This document shows, piece after piece, positions 39,143 through 52,675 of a DNA stretch of 64,000 nt (its first letter is position 1; each line of letters starts with the position of its first letter). The stretch is taken from the NCBI GenBank assembly GCA_964016885.1, contig OZ024743.1, positions 300,638,001-300,702,000 on the forward strand, given 5' to 3'. The translations under genes and the position numbers were made by a program. Source of the stretch: Eledone cirrhosa (taxonomy: Eukaryota). The notes beneath the pieces are model-generated. The model had not been told where the DNA came from. It did not search any database and was given only the letters and a program-made list of their open reading frames with translations.

Positions 39143-42090
39143 ATGTCAGCGGCCTGGTGAAACTCAGCAACATGAGTAAAATTTCCTACCTGGGAGACTT
39201 AGCCATAAGCAATCAAGCACTATGCATGGCACTAACCGAAACGCACCTGACAAGCAGTATAGCAGATGCAGAAATACATATACCGAAATATACTGTATTT
39301 CGTTCGGACAGGAAGGAGAGAACTCATGGTGGGGTTGCTCTGTATATCCGTGAAGATGTCACACCAATTGTACTGTTGACACATTCAAACTCAGTCTGTG
39401 ACACACTGATAATACATATGAAGCAACTACAGACGGTAATATGTGTCACATATCGGTCGCCCGATGCCCCCAGTCATGAGGGTAAATTTGAGGATAGCCT
39501 AAGTATGATAGAAGAGGTCCTTGACAAACTGGACCAGGGTCTCAACATCCTACTGCTGGGAGACTTCAACCTACCAAAGGTCAAATGGCCTGAGGGCCAC
39601 CTCCTCCCTGGAATGACGTCAAGAGAACAGAGACAGACGGAATCCCTGCTGGCCCTCACACACAGGCTGTTCATGGAGCAAGCAATACTCCTCCCAACAA
39701 GAGGCGAAAATGTCCTGGACCTCTGTTTTACAAACAACGAAGTGCTCATCCACAATGTAAAGGTGACACCAACAATTCTCTCGGATCATAACTTGGTAGA
39801 GCTAATGATATGTGGTCCAAGAGAACCAACAGAGACAAAACCACCAAGAAGCTCCAGCCTTAACTTCTACGGGGCTGACTGGAAGAAGATTAAGAGTGAA
39901 ATCCGGAAGCAAACATGGAGCGCAAACATCGCCACATAAGACACTAACACACAATTTCAATACTTCATGACAACGATACACACCATATGCAAAAAGTGTG
40001 TCCCGGAGAAAGAGGCAAACAGACACAAAAATCTTATTCCCAGAGATAGGAAAATCCTTATGAGACATAGAACTAAACTCTCAAACCAGTTGAATAGTCA
40101 ACAAAACTAAAACAAGAAGGAATCCTATTTGAAACGTGCACTACTTGACACCGAGATTGCACTCAAGCTTTCACATGAGAATGAGAGGGCAAGGAAAGAG
40201 AACAGGGCCATAGAAAACATTAAAACAAACCCTAAGGCCTTCTTTAAATTTGCAAAAGAAACTGCCTCAGTACACTGCAAGATTGGACCACTCTTCCACA
40301 CGGACGGTTCATTAACCGAAAATCCCCAAGAGATATGTGAAATACTGAACGAACAGTACAAAAGTGTCTTCACATGTCCACTGAGGCACATGCAAATAAC
40401 GAAGCCAGAGGAGTTCTTTGATGCCACAACACTACATCAAGAAATGGCAACCATCAACCACATAGACATAACGGAGGAGGATGTGGTGTACGCCATTGAT
40501 GAAATTAGAACAGACTCGGCTGCTGGACCTGATGGATTCCCAGCAGTTCTCCTAAAAATATGTAAGCGGGCCTTAGCAACTCCACTGAAGATGCTCTTCA
40601 GAAGCTCCTTGGCTAGCGGTGTACTACCCAGGGAGCGGAAAGAAGGCACAATATGCCCTATCCATAAAGGAGGTAGTAGAGCGGAGGCCAAGAACTATAA
40701 GCCAGTCTCCCTGACGTCGCATATCAGTAAGGTCATGGAGCGAGTCGTCAGTAAGAAACTAATCACTTTCCTCGAAGAAAATGACCGCCTGACTAGCACG
40801 CAACATGGCTTCCGCCCAGGAAGAAGCTGCCTTACACAGCTGCTACATCACTACGACTGGGTACTGAGACAACTACTAGACAGCTCACATGTAGACGTGA
40901 TATATCTTTACTTTGCCAAGGCCTTTGACAAGGTCGACCACGGAATGATATGTCACAAACTACACGGACTCGGCATAACTGGAAAAGTAGGTGAGTGGCT
41001 GCATGGCTTCCTAAGGGACAGAAGCCAGGCAGTCGCAGCAAATGGGGCCCTCTCGAGGGAAACACCGATAACAAGCGGGGTGCCTCAGGGGACAGTCCTG
41101 GGACCACTACTGTTTTTGGTGGCTCTCTCGGACGTGCCCTCTGTGGTGCATGCAACAACATCCCTCACTAGCTATGCTGATGACACTAAGGTAGCACAGG
41201 CAATCAAAAACCCGGCTGACGCTGCCCTCTTACAGCAGGATCTGGATGCCATATAAAGATGGGCGGAAGAAAACAACATGCAGTTTAATGCTGGCAAATT
41301 CCAAGCCCTACAATACAAACCTGCAAACACAAACACAAATATAGCGGAACACAGCTACACAGGACCAGGAGGGACCGATATCCCCGTGTCAAAGTCGATA
41401 CGAGACCTGGGCATAGACATGAGCGATGATGCATCTTTTTCTTCACACATCATGAAGGTGGCGACAGCATGTAGACGATTCGCTGGCTGGATCTTGAGGA
41501 CTTTCCTTACAAGAGATCGAGACACCATGTTGACACTGTGGAGGACTTTTGTCCTAAGCCGCCTGGACTACTGCTCCCAGCTGTGGTCACCCCATAGTAT
41601 CAAACTAACCACGGAGCTTGAGGCAATCCAGCGAAGCTACACCAAGAGGATTGCCAAGATGAGGGAGACAAGCTACTGGGAGAGGCTGAAGGAACTGAAC
41701 CTCTACTCCTTGGAGCGAAGACGGGAGAGATACGCAGTGATCTACATGTGGAAAATCCTGGAGGGACTAGCACCAAACTTTGGCATTGGGAGCTGGACCA
41801 ACCGTCGAACAGGACGTCACTGTGTGGTGCCATAGGTCCCGTCTTCCACATCTAGAATAAGGAGCAGGTATTGCAATAGCCTGGGATTCAAGGGCCCTCA
41901 ACTCTTCAACAGGCTACCGAGGCATCTGCGAGACTTGCATGACGTGGAGGTGGATGTCTTTAAGAAACATCTAGACACCTTGTTATCCAGGATCCCGGAT
42001 GAGCCCACAGCAAGACACGAGGGAAACCTAAGGGCAGCAGCAACAAACTCCCTCCTACACCAGTGGCCAACCTATACAGGCTGGAGATAA
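38950..42090 (+). pseudogene. LINE ORF2 (APE plus RT) with four in-frame stops and no frameshift
   Basis: Stops at 39937, 40108, 41254 and 41833, all in one frame; LTETHL, GDFNLP, SDHN, SGVPQG, YADD. Confidence 0.92.
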
Positions 42091-42163
42091 AATGTGTAGC
42101 AACAAGGGCGGTGCCCCAGCATGGCCTCAGCCGGATGGCTGAAACAGGTAAAAGAGTAAAAGA

Positions 42164-42213
<50 letters not shown>

Positions 42214-42229
42214 CTACATACATATATAC

Positions 42230-42830
42230 ATACATACATTTACGTATGTATATAGCTATGCATTTATATTTATGTGTGTAAGGATGTTGATATGATCTAT
42301 GTGATCTTTTCTGGTAGGGAGAGCAATTTTGTCGCCAGATTTTAATACCTAGGGAGATCAAATACAACACCTCTGGCTGAAAGCTGACCGGATTTTCAAC
42401 CTCATCACGCACTAACGCCGGCCTGTGTGTGTATGTATATATGTGAGTGTGTGTATGTATGTATGTGTGTGTATGTTCATCACCATTGCTTCTTTTTGTT
42501 GCCATTTCTGTTGAAGTAGTTCTTAACTTCATTTCATTTGATTTCTTTTGATTTTCTTTTATCTCCCCAGGGAATTCGTTGACAAGCTTCTTTTATTTAC
42601 CTCTTCGTTTTCTTCATTCATATCCATTCACACTGGCTATCTAAGAGACGTACAGATATGACTTATAAAACTTGCCAAACTAAAGGGGCTTCTTGCGCCC
42701 CCAAAGTTCCAAACGCCCCCTAACGGCCCCCTCCCTGAATAACGCTCTCCTGGAGCTACGACCCCCCCCCCCTCCCCCCATTATGGGGAGGGGGGCACAT
42801 GTTCCCCGTTGAGGACATTTGCTCTAAACC
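42230..42830. repeat. Dispersed non-coding repeat; inverted diverged copy at ~50420-51090, partial copy at ~36465-36660
   Basis: e.g. ttttgtcgccagatttta / taaaatctggcgacaaa and ggaattcgttgacaagcttc / gaagcttgtcaacgaattcc. Confidence 0.8.
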
Positions 42831-44034
42831 ATTGTCTCGTTTCACTTGTATGCTTCACTTCATGAGTATTTTTTTTAATTTCTGTTTTTCTCTTCCTTTA
42901 ATCTCTTTTATATTAACCTTTAGTACTCTTTTCTTTTTCGCTTTCTCTGATTGCTTACTTCAATATACTCTTACAACAGAATATTCCCTATATTTCTTTG
43001 TCTCGATACTCCAGCCTCACGAGACAATTCAACATTTCCGTTTATCTCCATATGTGTGACGTATTTTTCTCATTTGATATCCGATTTATTCATTCATAAC
43101 ACTTCTGATGATGCGGATATGCATCGAAAAAACACAGGAAGCACAGACCTGCGTAGCACCATTAATTATATATATAATATGTGTGTGCGTGTTCATGCGT
43201 GTGCGTGCGTGTGCGCGTGTGTGTGTTGTGTGTGTTTGTTTAATGAGGTATAAAAGGAAGGATGTAAGAAAGCATGTGTGACAGAAAAAGTTGTTTATTA
43301 TTTCCAAAGGACAATCTCTGTTAGTTAATATTGAAAACATATTCAAATAAAAAAAAGACAAAGCATTCATAACCACTCTATAGATAAAATAAAATGAGTT
43401 GATCTTCGTATGATAGTGGAGTAAAACATATGGAGTACTTCATATATGTAATAAATTCAGTTGGAATCCGCTTCTACGCATGACGCGTCAATATTTCACA
43501 AATGAGGGACGAGTGAAAAATCCATAGGCTGACCAAAGTGCTCTCTTTGAATCACCAAATGAGGTTTATTTTTCAACATAGTCCCTGGAAAGAAACAATG
43601 CAGTTATTAATAAGAAGAATTGAAATTAATGCATGCAAGATTACACAGCTTTAGCATCACTCATCCACAGTGTCCTTCATATTCAGCATATGAATATTTT
43701 CGCTGCCCTCGTACTGGAGCATAGGAGTCGATGTGTTCAAATTCTTATAACATAGCCACACTCCTCAGCAAATCATGTATTTGGTATTATTTAAAAAAGA
43801 AGACGTCGTCTCAGAGACAGATAAGCAAACTCAATGATTGAGTGCGCTCAGTTGAAATTTGGAAGGTACGGAGTACGCTTCTTTGTAGCTGCTGTCTGTC
43901 ACGTTTGTCCGTGTATATATTTTGCCCTATATTCTAAGCTAGCAATTATAGAAGCTGAGTCTGGTTACACTTATTTTCCTTTTTTCAGATTTCTAAATTT
44001 TTAAACATTCTCTCTCTCTCTCTCATTCCCAATC

Positions 44035-44072
<38 letters not shown>

Positions 44073-44141
44073 AATCATAGAACGGACACCACCATAAACA
44101 CACATACACCCACCCACACATACCCATACATACACACACAC

Positions 44142-44254
<113 letters not shown>

Positions 44255-44359
44255 CATAAATATACAAAATATAGGATGGACACCACACATGTTTTTATAC
44301 TTATGTATCTATATGTATAAGTATTCTTTACAATTTGTCCTAACCGCCTTATGGGGAGG

Positions 44360-44442
<83 letters not shown>

Positions 44443-46521
44443 GTATATATATAAATATGTAAGTATGTTTTAAAACAGCGAGTGAACCTGAAAGTAGAAT
44501 TAGAATCTTTCGCCGTATTTTTTTACTGAAGAAATTTTAGATGAAAACTTAAGTTTGACATATTATCATACCAAATTCTCTCTTCAATATTCTTCGTTAA
44601 ATAAACCAGTTCAATATGAAATGACATATTATGGGTCACTTCCTAGTAAACGTGACGTAATACAACTGATCTTCAATCACTTTTGACACGCAGATATCTA
44701 TGTAAACAAAACTAGAAGATATATTGAATCGGAAAATATCGTAAGCGAAGACAAAATCTATGAATCAATAAACCTTTATAGAATAATTTGCAATACAGAG
44801 AATTTTCCATTTTCGCAGAATTCGTGTGAAATATGAAATTAGTTATATGTGAATGTTTAAAATTAATTAATCATATGTTTGTCAGTTGGGGATGAATTCG
44901 TTTTCGACGAAAGCTAAAGATGTATGTACGTAATATAAATTTATTTCAGTCTTAATTCATCGAATTTATATATGTAGGAATTTGAGCCAGTGAAGTTAAA
45001 GACTTATGGGATTAGAAACATATCTTTTGTATTAATACAATTAGAATTAACATTTCTTTGAATGATTTCAATTTCAAATCTTTAAATATCCCAGAAGACA
45101 TCACTAAAAAGTTAATTTATTTTCCCATGTCTCTTTTCAGGACACATCTTGAATTTGAAGCAAATATTATTAATTTGTTTCACTGTGATTGAAAATACAG
45201 GGTATGTGATACACATATTTAACATATTCAGTCAAATCAGTTTATAATTCTCACTTAAATTCGTGCAAAATTGATGTTGCATCATATTAACTCTAGGCGT
45301 TATTCTGCGAACTTTATTATTTAATTTAGATTTAGTCCTAAAATAGAAATATTAGAATATTCTTCAATATAAATCCATTCAATGGATTGAAAGTTTTAAT
45401 TCAAATAATTCTAACTCTTGAACTATTCAAAACTACAAGCAAAAACACTAGTATTATGAAGACATTAAACTAACTCAGCCTTTATGTTCGCAAAATTATT
45501 TCTACAATTGTACGATTGGGGATATATTTAGAATATTCAGAATATAATATGCTATCACCTACCTTAAACAAGAAAATACAGTAGAGTGAAAGGATAACAC
45601 TTTTAGTACAATAATTATGCCTGCTCGACCGATGCACAATTCACGCTATAGTAGACCCAAGTTTGATCCTTCTGCATTTACAGACTGATAATGAATAACT
45701 CACTGACATCATTTTATTCGACTGTACCGTTCCCATGCATTTGCAGTTTGTTCCAACATATCATATAACTAACCACTACATGGAATTCTACAAACTTTTA
45801 AAGACATTATGTAATAAGGATATAATTTAGTTTCTATGTACATCATTCTGAATACTATTAAGTTTTAAAAAAGTAATGCATATGCGAAAATATGAATAAC
45901 ACGTAAGTTTCTATATATCAAACAGGTCATAAGAGTAAATGAGATTTGTATATCCTAAAAATAGAAATAAGGAGGAAAATTAATTTGAATTCTTTTGCAG
46001 GGTCTTGTATATTTTACTCAATCTAATTAAATTTTGTTATACACATAAATATGAATAAATGTCCTATGATGGTCTTTCAAAATTAGAATTGAATAATTTT
46101 TGAATTTCTTCTTCCAGCTTTCAATAAACCAGATTTATTATTTCTTTTTAGAAGACGAATATTTCACAGAAAAAAGGAAAGCATTATTTTCAATGAAGAT
46201 TTAATCCATTCAGCGGTTCGCCCACCCATACCATTCATGTTCATATCCATCAAAGCATTTCTCTATTTTCTTATCTCTCTCCTCAACTTAGATGTTCAAT
46301 GTTCTATTTATGTATCTGTTTCTCTTCTCCTTACATTCCGCAATAAGAAATTATGACTATTTTTATCTATACGCTATCGGACATACACACGCATTTGTAC
46401 CTTTATGACTGCAACCATCTCTTTTACAGCTGATCTACGCATTCTCACTGAAATTAACCGCTTTAAATCAGAAATATATCTATTATTAGCAATTCGTGTA
46501 TGTATATATATATATATTTAT

Positions 46522-46727
46522 ATAGGAACAAGTATGACACCGACGGCAGAGCTCAAGCGGTTTCGACGGCTAATTCTGGACGATAATTCTGTCCAGAATT
46601 AGCCGTCGAAACGGCTTGAGCTCTGCCGTCGGGGTCATACTTGTTCCTGTTAGCCACTCTACTACCCTAAGTATTGAGTATTTTGGTGCGTTATGGTCCA
46701 TCTGGTTCCTTACCACATTTCCTTGGT
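46522..46727 (+). mobile_element. PLE 3'-end fragment with 5' fold-back
   Basis: Same sequence and geometry as 27955-28161. Confidence 0.85.
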
Positions 46728-46873
46728 TATATATATATATATATATATACGCAGAAACAAATGTGTCAAAGCAAATAAATTCACAATCGCTTCACGCCGA
46801 CGTTTTATTTTTCTTGGTGCAATACTTGCTTTCAGGCATGTATGAACATATGTGCATGTGGGTGTTTGTATGC

Positions 46874-46909
<36 letters not shown>

Positions 46910-48204
46910 ACATACATAGTTGTATGTATGTGTATGCATAACCGCATACATATTGTACGTATTTAAAATAAAATCATGTTTCCTATGCTTAGGCATTCAA
47001 AGGGAGAGAATACATGTCAGCCTATTCTATCTTCTAGTAAAATAATTGCTTCTACTTTAGGCCTCAAGGCCAGCAATTACCCAGTGCATTACTGATACTT
47101 TATTTTATCGACCCCGTAACGATGAAAGGCAAAAGTAAAATAATAAATATTAATGAAAGCACAATTTATATATTAATATGTAAATATTATCACTTAATAC
47201 AACATATAGTTTTCCCTATAATTGCAGGTAGATTCTCATTCAAATCATTATGTATATATTTGCAATTTATTTACAGGATAAGTAATTGATTGAAAATATT
47301 CCAAAATATGTTAGAAAGAATCTTCGGGGTGATTAGTGGATTGTTTTGCTCTTAGTGGAGAGATTTATATATGTAAGTATATATATCTCAAAGTTTAACT
47401 GAAAGAGCATTATTAGAAATAACATTAACAAAATATGTTTTTTCATTGAACAGAAATATGTACCGAATCAGAAACTGCTGAAGGAAGGCTATATATTTTC
47501 ATATAAATAACATTTCCGGTAAATCGCGTTGGGACGTGTTAACTCATAATATTGCTGCGCAGTAGATTCGAAACATTTACGCGTAATAGCATTACATTGA
47601 ATATATTTTTGTTAATAGTGTAAAATATTCCGCTGTGATAGCTCAGCAAAAACCATAACCTATCCTTCCAGTAGATGGTATTTTAGGAAGTATGTCACAT
47701 ATATCTTAGTTTACCATATTTGACAGTGTGAGTGTCTGTTTGTGTGATCGCAGAAAACTCAATCTGCATTCATCAATGTAGTCTATTAGGAAATGAAATA
47801 TCAATTGAAAGGTTAGCTTCATCATCATCATCATCAGCATCATCATCATCATCATCAGCACCATCACCATCAACATAATTATCATCGTCGTCGTCGTCAT
47901 CGTCGTCGTCGTCGTCATCATCATCATCATCATTAACATCTTCTTCATTTTCTTCTTCTTGAATACTTAAGCTCGCACATTACTGCAACAGCTCCGGCAA
48001 TTCGTGCACTTAATTCAGCCTCCTACATTCTATTACTTGAGAACACAGGCCCGAAATACTTGAACTTCTTTACTTGCTTCAGTGGAACTCAATTTACATG
48101 CAGCAATGTTTTCATTTCACCCATCCAGTACTCGGCATCAAAATAAATACATTTTTCATTTGCTATAAGTTGCAGGCGAAAACACTGTTTAGTAACTCCC
48201 CTTT

Positions 48205-48285
<81 letters not shown>

Positions 48286-48326
48286 TGTGTGTGTGTGTTT
48301 GTGTATGTGTGTGTGTGCGTGGGTGT

Positions 48327-48382
<56 letters not shown>

Positions 48383-48615
48383 TGTGTGTGTGTGGGTATG
48401 TGTATGTGTGTGTGTGTGTGCAGATGGCTGCTTTCTCCTGAAGAAAAGCAAACGTTTTCTTACTTTTTCCTCGTGACTATCTTTCTACCTTCCGACATAG
48501 GACTAAAGTCCAATACCAGAGGATACATTTCCTAATCATACCGAGCTTTAATTTTATATATATGATCATTGTACTACAATGGTAACCCATCAATTTGTCC
48601 GTTTTTGCTTTCTTC

Positions 48616-48660
<45 letters not shown>

Positions 48661-48833
48661 CGCCCCAGGTTCAATCGGGGTTAACCACGGTAAGTGAGAT
48701 ACTCGCTACATTACTTGAGTGTTTACAATAAAATATGATATAGAAAGGCCATCTACAGGATTAGGACTGTTTCAACCGAAGGAATTCATCATGAAATCCT
48801 GTTATATTTATACACACATATATGAAAAGAGTC

Positions 48834-48937
48834 AGGACACCGGTGGCTGAGCTCCGGCCGTTTCGACAGCCAGACTGATCGTTTGGGTTTAATTGTCGAA
48901 ATGGCCGGAGCACAGCCGTCGAGGTCCGGCCTCAAGG

Positions 48938-48942
<5 letters not shown>
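48834..48942. repeat. Imperfect fold-back related to the PLE 3'-end family
   Basis: ggctgagctccggccgtttcgaca ... tgtcgaaatggccggagcacagccgtc. Confidence 0.6.
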
Positions 48943-48998
<56 letters not shown>

Positions 48999-49323
48999 CG
49001 TCCTATGTAGGATTGTTACTAGTCAGAGACCGAATTATGGTTCTACATTGCACTATAGGACTCAAACGTCTTCACGCAGCTTTATATATCGGTTTTGAAC
49101 AGATAATTGTCCGTTCGAAAACATGAACTGACTTGCACCTATATCTGCTTCAACGAACCAAACAGCAATGTTTCAAAACTAAAATCCTCCTCTAGAGCTC
49201 ACATTGGGAAATTGCTGTGTTCTCAGATTGTTAATCTGACTACACATGTTTAATGTTGATACGTTATAAAATGAACATACAGCAACTCTAAACGTGCGCG
49301 GGCCAGTTTTTTTAGGGACCCCG

Positions 49324-49381
<58 letters not shown>

Positions 49382-51121
49382 AAGAATGAATAATAACTGG
49401 TAGACATCATAAAAAGGTAATAAAGAAGGATCAGGAACTGAGTTTGTTCAACTATTCTTCCATAACTCGTTGAGTAACCCCTCACCGTACGTCAACTCTA
49501 TCCAGTGTAGTAATTAACCATTACTGCATCCAGGATAATCCTGTATATATATATATATATATATATACGTGTGTGTGTGTGTGGCTGACAAGTGCATTGA
49601 CATGGTGGGCTACATCGTTCGCCGATGTCTTACGCCCGTGTCAGCTGCGCAACTCCGATTTCGATCACCCATTAATATTATACTACCCATTCTATTACCA
49701 GCATCTTTGTTTTCTTCGCTATACGGCAACTGCTTCTTCTTCTTTACGCCTACACCTTTACTGCTACCAATTTTATCGTCCACACGTTCCGCAATTCATT
49801 TAATTATCCCCTCCTACATATACATAAGCCCGAAAATCGCTTATACATTAAGCGGGATATAATTTACTCTCGATTTATCTGACTCGATTTTTCAGGCTCT
49901 TAAAGTCAGGTCTGCGACATCAACTCCTGAGATATGGCTTGGTATGTGTATAGAAGCTAATACACCGACAGCATGACGTTACACGCACCCACTTAATATA
50001 CCTCACCTGCCCCATGTTGTCTTGTCTCCCCAACCAGTAATCGCATTATTTTTCCTCCCGTACACCATCCATCAACTTACGCCCTCTGTCTTAATTCTTT
50101 TGCACTATCCGCCGTCTGTAGTTGAACATCTTCATTCTCTGCTTCTACAGATCATATCTCCTCCAGGAAGCTTACGTAACATGTCGGAACTCTTGTCCAC
50201 ATCTCCTCTTCTTTCATCTCCCAGTTCACCCCAGCCGTATTTTACTTTTGCATCCGACACTGTTTGCTGGACACAACAGCCAACTTCTCATGTCTGATCC
50301 ATTTAGCTACATTTCATCTCAAAACATCTGCCTAAACATTGCAATCAGTATGGAGATTTACCATTAATAATTAATAATCTAAAACACACACTGAATACTA
50401 TTTTAAGAGTCACTCGAAGAGCATAATTTAGAGTAAAGGTTCTCAACGGGCATATGCACACACCCTCCCCCCTGACGGGGGGGGGGTCGTAGTTCCAGGA
50501 GGCGTTATGCAGTATGGGGGCATTTGAAACTTTGAGGGCGCTAGAAGCCCCTTTAGTTTGGTAAGTTTTATAAGTCATATTTTTACGTCTCTTAGACAGT
50601 CAGTGATTTTAATGAAGAAAACAAAGAAAATAAATTAAAGAAGCTTGTCAACGAATTCCCTAGGGAGATAAAAGAAAATCAAAAGAAGTCAAAGACAATG
50701 AAAGTAAGGGCTACTTCAACAGAAATCACAAGAAGAAGCAATGGTGGTGAACATACACACACGTACATACATGCATACATACATACCTACATACATACAC
50801 GCACACACACATAATATACGTACACACACACATATACACACACAGGCCGGCGTTAGTGTTTGATGAAGTTGAGAACCAGAAGTGTGGTATTTAATTACCT
50901 AAGTAATAAAATCTGGCGACAAACATTTTCTCCTTACCAAAAAAAGAAGACATAGATCATATGAACATGCTTACACACTTATATATAAATGCATGTATAT
51001 AATACACATGTATGAATGTATAGCAACATACATACCTAAATGTATGTATATATGTACGTATGTAGATTCATATATATATATATATATAAATCTACATACC
51101 TATATATATATAAATACACAT

Positions 51122-51213
<92 letters not shown>

Positions 51214-52675
51214 GAAGTAACAAGAGGCTGGACTGGTGTAAATCCTTGAAAGGTTTATTATACTATGATCATCTCAATGACCGGATTCCATATGAATCCG
51301 GTGATATCATCAGGTATTGGAATATAACAAAGGAATATGTAAAAAGCCATGGGTCCGAAAAACCATGGTTGAGCACTTCAAAATGTGATATTGAACAGCG
51401 GCACTCACTTCAGTGTACAGCTATTACCAGCATGGGATTAACTGATCTACTTGCCATTCGGGTTTTGGCTGCTCTGCGCCTTATCTACCGCCACCTGATA
51501 CCACTTCCTGTTCGGGAGGATTCCAATTCCAACAAAACTCTACGTATTATACTAAAACTTGTATGGTATTGATTGTATTCTCTACTCTATACCTCAGGAC
51601 TTTTTGTGACTCCCACTGAATTCGGAACCTGAACTTTACACTAGGTACAATCTGTTGCCATTCCATCTCCTCTATCCTCTATATCTATATCTATATGTAC
51701 AACTTATATTATCTTACTACAACTTGATCTATATTGACTCTTATTTACCTTTATTAATTGTTTTACTATCTCATTAATGTATATTTTATTAATGTTTTTT
51801 TATCAATGTATTGGTATTTTTGTAACTTGTCCTTACTCAGTTCATTATATACACCTCCATAGCCCCCTACCCACCTAAGAACCACACTACCTATAACCCG
51901 GACTAACTGGGACTTTAAAGTAATTTAGAATAATTTTTATCTATTTACACTTTTCATTGTTTGACTTGTGCGGTGGCTTTTTCCCGGTTGCGCGCTGGGC
52001 ACTCGGAAAGTTCAGCCTTCCTTGAGTGCTCGGAAAAATAAATTTCTCCTTTTCGGTAAATGAAATTACTCGGAGTGGCTTGCTCTGCCCCAGTCCCACC
52101 GCGCCGCTTGTTTTGGCCGCCTATTTATTATTGTGCCAACAAACTCCAAGTTTGCGCACAACTATTAGCTGTATCTTGCCTCTATTGACACGTAAATAAA
52201 CCCCTAATGTGTGATTTAATTGTATCCGTGGTATAGACGATGGGCTATCGAAATTGTGGGGTTGCCGCTAGCGATCCCAGGGCCAAAGTTAGTTACGTTC
52301 CTAGAGTACTTGGAAACAATAATTTCCATTTCTTTCGCTGGACGATACTACTCGAGACTGGCTGACTCATGGTGGTGGGTGTGCTGACTGGGACTCCCAA
52401 TTGAAATTTTTACTCTATATCCCATCCTACAGGAGCTCAAGTATACACAGTTCAAGAGTAACCAATCTTAAAGAGAGAGATGGAGATAGGGGAGGAGATA
52501 TGAGAGGAGAGATTGATGAATTAGTTAGAAGTCAAAGGGTAAGTCAAATTTAATTAGCGTAAAGAAATATTTGCTCATGTGATAGGGTTCAGGAAAGACA
52601 CCATAAGTAATACTAAAATGCTCCAACAAATGTTGGTTTGTCCCCCTCACATTTTTAAGGCAAACGAGGCCCCTG

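Larger units (their letters stand above)
38150..42164 (+). mobile_element. Near full-length CR1-group LINE, second family
   Basis: ORF1 plus APE-RT ORF2; 3' tail (GTAAAAGA)2 followed by (TA)n; 5' boundary approximate. Confidence 0.92.

Noticed and set aside
45140-47520. AG...GT-bounded segments that could be host exons (45140-45201, 47278-47372, 47454-47518; also ~15681-15792)
   Set aside because: No consistent reading frame or recognisable protein; cannot be supported without RNA-seq
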